Positions 48,992 to 55,597 of a stretch of DNA of 55,597 bases are shown piece by piece (the first letter of the stretch is position 1; the number at the start of each line of letters is the position of its first letter). Source of the DNA: Dehalococcoidia bacterium (GTDB lineage: Bacteria; Chloroflexota; Dehalococcoidia; SZUA-161). A program made the position numbers and the translations under genes. Under the pieces are notes generated by a model that worked only from the letters and a program-made list of their open reading frames with translations, was not told where the DNA came from and ran no database searches. The stretch is taken from the NCBI GenBank assembly GCA_011174795.1, contig DUEY01000015.1, positions 1-55,597 of the forward strand. Direction: 5' to 3'.

Positions 48992-50362
48992 ATGGATAAA
49001 GCACTTGAATATGTACTGAAGCGCGGCGTAGCCGAGATTATTGTCGAGGAAGAGATGGTGCGCCTGCTTGAGTCGGGCAAGAAACTGAAATTGAAGATGG
49101 GTTTCGACCCCAGCCGGCCTGATATCCACCTCGGGCACGTGGTGGGAATGAGGAAGCTGCGCCAGTTTCAGGACCTGGGACATCAGGTTGTGCTCATAGT
49201 TGGTGACTGGACCGCCCAGATAGGGGACCCCAGCGGCGAGTCACAGACGCGCCCTATGCTTTCGGCGGAGGAGGTCCGCGCCAATGCCGAGACCTACAAG
49301 AAGCAGTTCTTCAAAGTGGTTGACCGGGAAAAGACAGAGCTGCGCTGGCAGAGCGAGTGGTTTGGCAAGTTCACACTGGCGGATGTTATTGAACTAACGA
49401 GCAAGTTCACCGTGGCTCAGCTTCTGGCGAGGGAGGATTTCAGCAACAGGCACGCCTCGGGGCGTCCCATCGCCATCACAGAGTTGCTCTATCCCCTGCT
49501 ACAGGCTTATGATTCTATAGCCATCGAAGCGGATGTCGAGTTTGGTGGCATCGACCAGAAGTTCAACTGCCTTATGGGCAGGGAGCTTCAGAAGATGGTA
49601 GGGCAGCCGCCGCAGCAGGTCTTCCTCATGCCGCTGCTGGTGGGCACCGACGGACAGCAGAAGATGAGCAAGAGCCTTGATAACTATATAGCCATCGACG
49701 AACCAGCCTACTATACAGACAGGTTGACGGGTGAGCGCAAGGGGATGTATGGTAGTGTGATGTCCATACCCGACAGCCTGATAATGGACTACTTCGAGTT
49801 GCTTACCGATGTCGACGACCAGATGCTAAATGAATACAGGAAAATGCTTTCTGACAACTCGAAGAATCCAATGGAAATCAAGAAGTTTCTTGCTTGGGAG
49901 ATAGTCAGGCAATTCCATAGTACTGAGGCTGCCGATGAAGCGCAGAAGTATTTTGAGAAGGATGTACAGTGGAAAGAGGTGCCGGAGGATATTGTAGAAC
50001 ACATGATTTCTTTCCAGGCTCTAGGGGAATTGCAAAAAGAAATCCTCATCAGAAAAGGAAAGCTTTCTGCAGAAACCGCTGGTGAAGTATCTTGTGAAGA
50101 CATGGGCACGCTTGCATGGACAGTACCCATAATCGGTACAGCTAATGTAAAGTATATTAAACCCAGCATAGGAGAATTTCTACACCTTTCAGGCCTAGTT
50201 CAAAGCCGTGCCGAGGCCAAGAGAATGGTCAATCAAAAGGCTGTGGAACTCGATGGTGTGCGAATAGTCTCGTTTGATGAGACGAGGCCGATAAACGACG
50301 GGAGCATTATAAGAATCGGCAAACGTAAATGGAAGAGGATTGTCAATAAAGACGCTAAATAG
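48992..50362 (+). CDS. tyrS: Tyrosine--tRNA ligase with insertions
   Basis: GFDPS.PDIHLGH, YPLLQAYD, GGIDQ.FN, KMSKS, C-terminal S4 domain. Confidence 0.97.
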   Translation: MDKALEYVLKRGVAEIIVEEEMVRLLESGKKLKLKMGFDPSRPDIHLGHVVGMRKLRQFQDLGHQVVLIVGDWTAQIGDPSGESQTRPMLSAEEVRANAETYKKQFFKVVDREKTELRWQSEWFGKFTLADVIELTSKFTVAQLLAREDFSNRHASGRPIAITELLYPLLQAYDSIAIEADVEFGGIDQKFNCLMGRELQKMVGQPPQQVFLMPLLVGTDGQQKMSKSLDNYIAIDEPAYYTDRLTGERKGMYGSVMSIPDSLIMDYFELLTDVDDQMLNEYRKMLSDNSKNPMEIKKFLAWEIVRQFHSTEAADEAQKYFEKDVQWKEVPEDIVEHMISFQALGELQKEILIRKGKLSAETAGEVSCEDMGTLAWTVPIIGTANVKYIKPSIGEFLHLSGLVQSRAEAKRMVNQKAVELDGVRIVSFDETRPINDGSIIRIGKRKWKRIVNKDAK

Positions 50363-50377
50363 CAATTACCTAAATGC

Positions 50378-52426
50378 CTAGGCCTTCTCGGGCTCCTTCT
50401 TCGATTCCGCGATTATCCTCTGAGCGAGGTGTGCCGGCACCTCTTCGTAGTGGCTGAACTCCATGGTATAGCTGCCGCGACCCTGCGTGATAGACCTCAA
50501 GTCGATGGCATACCTGAGCAGCTCCGCCAGCGGGACCTGGGCATCTATAACGTTGATGCCGTCGCCGGGCGTCATGCCCAGTACCTTGGCACGTTTTCCA
50601 TTGAGGTCGCTCATGATGTCGCCCGTGAAGCTGTCGGGAATGGTTATTTGAATGTTCATTATCGGCTCGAGCAACACGGGCTGGCCGTCGTTTACGCCCT
50701 TTTTCACGGCGTGGGAAGCAGCGATTTTAAACGACATATCAGAGGAATCCACGGGGTGGGCGCTGCCGTCGTACAGTGTCACCTTCAGGTCGGTTACCGG
50801 GTAGCCGGCTATAACCCCGTCATTAAGCGTCTCATTGACCCCTTTATCCACTGCCGGGATGTAGTTTTTAGGGACTGAACCGCCCACCACTCTATTCCCA
50901 AACTCTGCGCCGGTGCCCCGCGGCAGGGGCTCAAGCTCCAGTAGCACGTGACCGTACTGACCGTGTCCGCCGGTCTGCTTCTTGTGTTTGTACTCTGCCT
51001 TGACTGGAACTGTGATCGTTTCCTTGTAAGGTATCTTGGGTGTATCGGTTCTTATATCAACGCCGAACTTGCGCTTAATCTTCTCTACGGATACATCTAC
51101 ATGTGCCTCTCCCATTCCCGATAGCACTGTCTCTGCGGTAACGGTATCTTTGTGTACGGTTATAGTTGCGTCCTCCTCGGTCAGCCTGGCGAGGGCAGGG
51201 CCCATCTTATCCAGGTCGGCTTTGGTCTTGGGGTAAACGGCTACCCTCAGGGTAGGGTGGGGAAACTCGATTGCTTCGAGAACCAGGGGGTGTTCTTTAT
51301 CACAGAGGGTGTCGTTTGTGCCTGTATCCGCAAGTTTGGCTACCGCACCTATGTCACCGGCAGCGATTTGGGGCACAGGCTCCTGGGACTTACCCCGTAT
51401 GCTGTAGAGCTGTCCAATGCGCTCGGCGTGGTTCTTATTAGCGTTCCAGACGCTGGAGTCGCTCTTGATGGTGCCGCTATAAACCCGGAGATAGGTGAGC
51501 TTACCCACATAGGGGTCTGCCGTAGTCTTGAAGACAAGAGCGGAAAGCGGTGCATCGGCGTCTGGGTCTACAGTCTCTTCCTGCTTTGTCTTGGTATTAT
51601 TTGCCGTGATCCCGCCCCTATCTTTTGGAGACGGCAGGTAGTGGCAGATAGCGTCCATCAGCTCAGCTATGCCTTTGCTTTGCAGGGCAGAGCCTGCCAT
51701 AATCGGAACGACCTTACCTGTAGCAACCCCGGCCCGCAAACCGCGGCGGAGTTCCTCCTCGGTTAGCTCCTCTCCCTCCAGGTACTTAGTAATAAGGTCG
51801 TCATCGGTCTCTGCGGCTGCCTCAGCCAGCTTGTCGCGCAGAGCGTCTAGCTTATCAGCTACTGTTGGCGGGACTTCAGAAGGCTTGGCGGCAATCAGAT
51901 CCACAACACCTTGGAAGTTGCTCTCAGCGCCTACAGGCAACTGAATGGGCACACATTTTCTGCCGAAGGTAGCTTCTATTTGTGCAACGGTTTTGAAGAA
52001 ATCGGCGTTTTCACGTTCGAGCTTATTAATGAAGATTATGCGGGGGATACCTATATCTTCGGCATATTTCCAGACGAACTCGGTTCCCACCTCCACTCCA
52101 GAGGCGGCGCAGACCACTATCACTGCGCCCTCGGCGGCGCGTAGCGCTGCTTTTACCTCACCTACGAAGTCGGCATAGCCCGGGGTATCGAGCAGGTTTA
52201 TTTTAGTCTTATTCCATTCGAACGGGAGCAGTGAGGTGTTGATGCTGATTTTACGTTTCACCTCATCGGGGTCATAATCGGAGGTGGTGGTGCCGTCATC
52301 TGCCTTCCCCAGCCTGTTTATTGTCTTGCTGTGAAACAGCATAGCCTCACTGAGCGAGGTCTTGCCGGCACCGGTATGAGAGAGCAAAACAACATTGCGT
52401 ATTTGTTCGCTCTGGTATTTCTCCAT
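50378..52426 (-). CDS. fusA: Elongation factor G paralog (EF-G2/FusA2-like)
   Basis: SHTGAGKTSL, DTPGYADF, NKLE, HKKQTGGHGQYG, LRSITQGRGSYTMEFSHYEEVP; ATG 52426 preferred. Confidence 0.93.
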   Translation of the reverse strand: MEKYQSEQIRNVVLLSHTGAGKTSLSEAMLFHSKTINRLGKADDGTTTSDYDPDEVKRKISINTSLLPFEWNKTKINLLDTPGYADFVGEVKAALRAAEGAVIVVCAASGVEVGTEFVWKYAEDIGIPRIIFINKLERENADFFKTVAQIEATFGRKCVPIQLPVGAESNFQGVVDLIAAKPSEVPPTVADKLDALRDKLAEAAAETDDDLITKYLEGEELTEEELRRGLRAGVATGKVVPIMAGSALQSKGIAELMDAICHYLPSPKDRGGITANNTKTKQEETVDPDADAPLSALVFKTTADPYVGKLTYLRVYSGTIKSDSSVWNANKNHAERIGQLYSIRGKSQEPVPQIAAGDIGAVAKLADTGTNDTLCDKEHPLVLEAIEFPHPTLRVAVYPKTKADLDKMGPALARLTEEDATITVHKDTVTAETVLSGMGEAHVDVSVEKIKRKFGVDIRTDTPKIPYKETITVPVKAEYKHKKQTGGHGQYGHVLLELEPLPRGTGAEFGNRVVGGSVPKNYIPAVDKGVNETLNDGVIAGYPVTDLKVTLYDGSAHPVDSSDMSFKIAASHAVKKGVNDGQPVLLEPIMNIQITIPDSFTGDIMSDLNGKRAKVLGMTPGDGINVIDAQVPLAELLRYAIDLRSITQGRGSYTMEFSHYEEVPAHLAQRIIAESKKEPEKA

Positions 52427-52626
52427 TACCCTCTCCCGTCGTTTTATCGCCCACATTCTACTTGAAATTGCGTAGTGGCGCAACAGAAATTAAATGAGAG
52501 CGAAAGGTGTTTTAAGTATTGAATGACTTCAAGGACGGTCTTCCCAATTTTATCTGAGACGTTTATAATCTGGGGAGCAGCCGAATTCAGAGCCGCACAT
52601 TTCTAATAGCAGAGTGATTTGACTAT

Positions 52627-53508
52627 ATGTGGAAATACTATGCATTCAGGTTTACAGGCCTGACCATTGCTTATTTGCCCAGAAAACTGGGGTATCTAAC
52701 CGCGCGTTTTACCGCATTTATGGTTTATATGCTGTCCCCAGTAACGCGGGAGGCGGTTGCGGACAACATGAGGCGCGTTTTAGGACCGGAGGCGGATGAA
52801 GCTGCGCTGAAACGTGCCGTGCGAGATGTGTTAAGAAACGCGGCTAAGAACTATTACGACCTTATAAAGCTGCCTCATATGAGACTTAAAGACATCAAGG
52901 ATCGCATAAAAGTTAATGGCTGGCACAATCTCGAGGACGCGATTAACAGGGGCAAGGGGGTTATCCTTGTCACCGCACATATCGGTAGCTTTGATATGGC
53001 TGCGCAGGTTTTTCCAGCACACTCGACAAAAGTCACCGGCCTGGTTGAACCCTTAGAGCCAGAGGTTTTGCTTAATCATGTCGTTGCCTTGAGGAATTGT
53101 AAAGGCATGAATTTCATGCCCGTTCAATTGGGCGTATTGAAGGTAGTGATGCAGTCTTTACACCGTGGTGAAGTGGTGTTGATTGTCTGCGACCGTGACT
53201 TCGGGAAGGATGGGCTGAGGTTAAGTTTCTTCGGCGAAGAGACTAGTATGCCTGTGGGTGCTGTTCGTATCGCGATGAGGACAGGGGCGGCAGTTGTCCC
53301 TGTCTTTAACCTGCGCCAGAAGAATGGCTGTTATGACGTGTACTTTGAACCTGCGGTTGATATTATACCCGAAGGCGACGGGGCTGTGGCGAAGAATATG
53401 GAGCAGATTATCTCCGTTATGGAGCGGTATATAAAGACATACCCCGAGCAGTGGGTGGTTCTCAGTCCCGTATGGGAAAGTGGGGAAAGGACATCGCTGT
53501 CCGGTTAA
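52627..53508 (+). CDS. Lysophospholipid/lipid A lauroyl-type (PatA-like) acyltransferase
   Basis: TAHIGSFD (Hx4D), VCDRDF, FFGEETSMPVG, YPEQW. Confidence 0.88.
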   Translation: MWKYYAFRFTGLTIAYLPRKLGYLTARFTAFMVYMLSPVTREAVADNMRRVLGPEADEAALKRAVRDVLRNAAKNYYDLIKLPHMRLKDIKDRIKVNGWHNLEDAINRGKGVILVTAHIGSFDMAAQVFPAHSTKVTGLVEPLEPEVLLNHVVALRNCKGMNFMPVQLGVLKVVMQSLHRGEVVLIVCDRDFGKDGLRLSFFGEETSMPVGAVRIAMRTGAAVVPVFNLRQKNGCYDVYFEPAVDIIPEGDGAVAKNMEQIISVMERYIKTYPEQWVVLSPVWESGERTSLSG

Positions 53509-53566
53509 TCCCGAGCGCTTTGTATTTATTGATTGGGGTAGATTTTTATTGTAAGATGTTGAACGT

Positions 53567-53642
<76 letters not shown>

Positions 53643-53792
53643 AAATAGTCTTTAGACAGGCAGGATCTCAAGTACCTCAAGTGTCTACTTCCTCGAATCC
53701 AGGAACCGCTCAAATCGCCCCAGAGCGGGGCATTTCCTCAGGAAGTCTACAACTATATTTCGATATATAAAGAACGAGGAGGTATTTCGAGC

Positions 53793-54656
53793 ATGGAAGT
53801 AAACAGAGTAAGCGTGCTGGGTGCCGGGATTATGGGCGCTGGCATAGCCCAGGTAGCAGCCCAGGTCGGCCTTGAGGTGAAGATGAGGGATATTGAGGAC
53901 AGGTTTATCGAGAGCGGGATGAACGCTATCAATCAGAGTCTGGGTCGCATGGTGAAGAAGGAGAAGATTACCCAGGCCGATGCGGATGCTACCGTGGCTC
54001 GTATCAAGGGGCTCACTGACTTGACTGCGGCGGTGAAGGATGTCGACATAGTAATAGAGGCGATTCCGGAGATCCTGTCCCTGAAGGTGGAGACTTACCA
54101 GGCTATGGACAAAGAATGCCCAGAACGCGTTATTTTCGCATCCAATACGTCTGGTCTGAGCATTACGGAGTTGGCTTCTGCCACCAATAGACCGGACCGG
54201 TTTGTCGGCATGCATTTCTTCAATCCCGTCCCTATGATGCAGCTTGTGGAGATCGTCAAGGGTTACAGCACCAGCGACGAGACAATAAAGGTTATTCAGG
54301 ACCTGTCTGCCAAGATGGGCAAGGAGTCGATACTGGTCAATGACACGCCGGGGTTTGCCACGAGCAGGCTTATCGGCGTCCTTCAGAACGAGGCGATCCA
54401 TGCCTTCGCCGAGGGCATAGCAAGTGCAGCGGATATTGACAAGGGCATGAGGCTTGGGATGAACCATCCCATGGGGCCGCTTCAGTTAGCCGACTTCGTG
54501 GGTCTGGATACCCTTCTGCATGTTATGGAGAATCTATATGAGGAGTATGGCGACCCCAAGTACCGCCCTCCGTTATTGCTCAGGCAGATGGTCCGTGCAG
54601 GGCACTTGGGCAGGAAGACGGGCAAGGGATTTTATGATTATAGTCAGTCATCCTAA
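53793..54656 (+). CDS. hbd: 3-hydroxybutyryl-CoA (3-hydroxyacyl-CoA) dehydrogenase
   Basis: [56 protein letters not shown]. Confidence 0.95.
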   Translation: MEVNRVSVLGAGIMGAGIAQVAAQVGLEVKMRDIEDRFIESGMNAINQSLGRMVKKEKITQADADATVARIKGLTDLTAAVKDVDIVIEAIPEILSLKVETYQAMDKECPERVIFASNTSGLSITELASATNRPDRFVGMHFFNPVPMMQLVEIVKGYSTSDETIKVIQDLSAKMGKESILVNDTPGFATSRLIGVLQNEAIHAFAEGIASAADIDKGMRLGMNHPMGPLQLADFVGLDTLLHVMENLYEEYGDPKYRPPLLLRQMVRAGHLGRKTGKGFYDYSQSS

Positions 54657-54689
54657 TAGACTGTAGTGCTGCTGGAAAGGAAGGAAGAG

Positions 54690-55597
54690 ATGGCTATTAA
54701 ATCGGGGAAAGAGTACATAGAGAGCTTGCGGAAGCTGAAGCCGAAGGTGTATGCCTTCGGTGAGAAGGTGGAGGATGTCGTTGATTATCCCATGTTCCAG
54801 CCGCATATCAATGCAGCGGCTATGACTTATGAACTGGCCAGCGACCCCGAGTATGAGGAGGTGATGACCGCTACCTCTCACCTTACCGGGGAGAAGATAA
54901 ACCGCTTCACCCACATTCACCAGAGCATCGAAGACTTGGTAAACAAGGTGCGCATGATGCGGCTGTTGGGGCAGAAGACGGCTACCTGCTTTCAGCGTTG
55001 TGTCGGGCTTGACAGCCTGAATGCCGCGTACATCACCACCTACGATATAGACCAGAAATACGGGACGGATTATCACGAGAAGTTCAAGAAATTCCTGAGA
55101 TATGTCCAGGAGAACGACCTGATGCTGGCCGGAGCGATCTCCGACCCAAAGGGGGACAGGAGCCTGAGACCGCATCAGCAGGAAGACCCTGACCAGTATG
55201 TACACGTTGTTGAAAAGAGGGACGACGGAATAGTAGTCCGTGGTGCCAAGGCTCATATAACGGGCACGGTGAATTCACACGAGATATTCGTCATCCCGAC
55301 GAGGACAATGCAGCCCGAGGACAAGGATTACGCCGTCAGCTTCGCTGTACCCGTGGATACAGAGGGCATAACCTTGATATTCGGGCGGCAGACAAACGAT
55401 ACCAGGAGGCTGGACGGCGAGATAGACTGCGGCAATCCGAAGTACGGCATCGTCGGCGGTGAGACGCTGATAGTATTCGACGACGTGTTCGTACCATGGG
55501 AGAGGGTGTTCATGTGCGGCGAGTACGACTTCAGCGGGCAGATGGTCGAGATATTCGCCGGCTTCCACAGGAGCAACTATGGCGGCTGCAAGGTAGG
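54690..55597 (+). CDS. abfD: 4-hydroxybutyryl-CoA dehydratase/vinylacetyl-CoA isomerase (3'-truncated by window; absent from the ORF track)
   Basis: My translation from ATG 54690: MAIKSGKEYIESLRKL...TCFQRCVGLD...FHRSNYGGCKV; contains the Cys/Cys/His/Cys [4Fe-4S] ligand pattern. Confidence 0.9.
   Translation, partial: MAIKSGKEYIESLRKLKPKVYAFGEKVEDVVDYPMFQPHINAAAMTYELASDPEYEEVMTATSHLTGEKINRFTHIHQSIEDLVNKVRMMRLLGQKTATCFQRCVGLDSLNAAYITTYDIDQKYGTDYHEKFKKFLRYVQENDLMLAGAISDPKGDRSLRPHQQEDPDQYVHVVEKRDDGIVVRGAKAHITGTVNSHEIFVIPTRTMQPEDKDYAVSFAVPVDTEGITLIFGRQTNDTRRLDGEIDCGNPKYGIVGGETLIVFDDVFVPWERVFMCGEYDFSGQMVEIFAGFHRSNYGGCKV

Noticed and set aside
48967-48992. T-box leader for tyrS
   Set aside because: Only 24 nt separate ribF and tyrS; no room or consensus
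54690-55597. 4-hydroxyphenylacetate 3-monooxygenase (HpaB)
   Set aside because: CFQRC and H..NYGGC Fe-S ligands indicate AbfD; anaerobic context

Overview
This is a mostly housekeeping chromosomal segment of an anaerobic bacterium. Gene content and protein style suggest Chloroflexota, probably Dehalococcoidia; that assignment is inference, with no database search. Core genes include tyrA-aroA-remA-gmk, a complete H+-type F1Fo ATP synthase operon, uvrB, groESL with a perfect CIRCE, folE, hom-thrC, rpsF-ssb-rpsR, glyA, ribF-tyrS, an EF-G paralog and tRNA-Ala(GGC). Accessory anaerobic-catabolism blocks are interspersed: two ETF pairs; an OYE/FadH-type Fe-S flavoenzyme with a non-canonical active site followed by etfA-etfB; an MFS plus radical SAM/SPASM pair; a stand-alone bzdNOPQ + ferredoxin class I aryl-CoA reductase module; and hbd plus 4-hydroxybutyryl-CoA dehydratase, the latter cut by the window edge. 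No CRISPR array, transposase, integrase, phage gene or rRNA was recognised. The most unusual observations are: (1) the atp operon carries an unannotated 38-aa membrane microprotein gene with a strong SD between atpE and atpF, and the b subunit begins with a lipoprotein-type signal peptide (LSGC lipobox); (2) an unannotated 50-aa basic microprotein is translationally coupled between uvrB and an HDAC-fold protein lacking the catalytic Tyr; (3) the glyA leader has a promoter, a 14-codon uORF (MGSSIGKHIIIGHV) and a terminator hairpin, an attenuator-like arrangement; (4) there is a cluster of polyprenyl-phosphate-handling genes. The functional readings are hypotheses from motif inspection.
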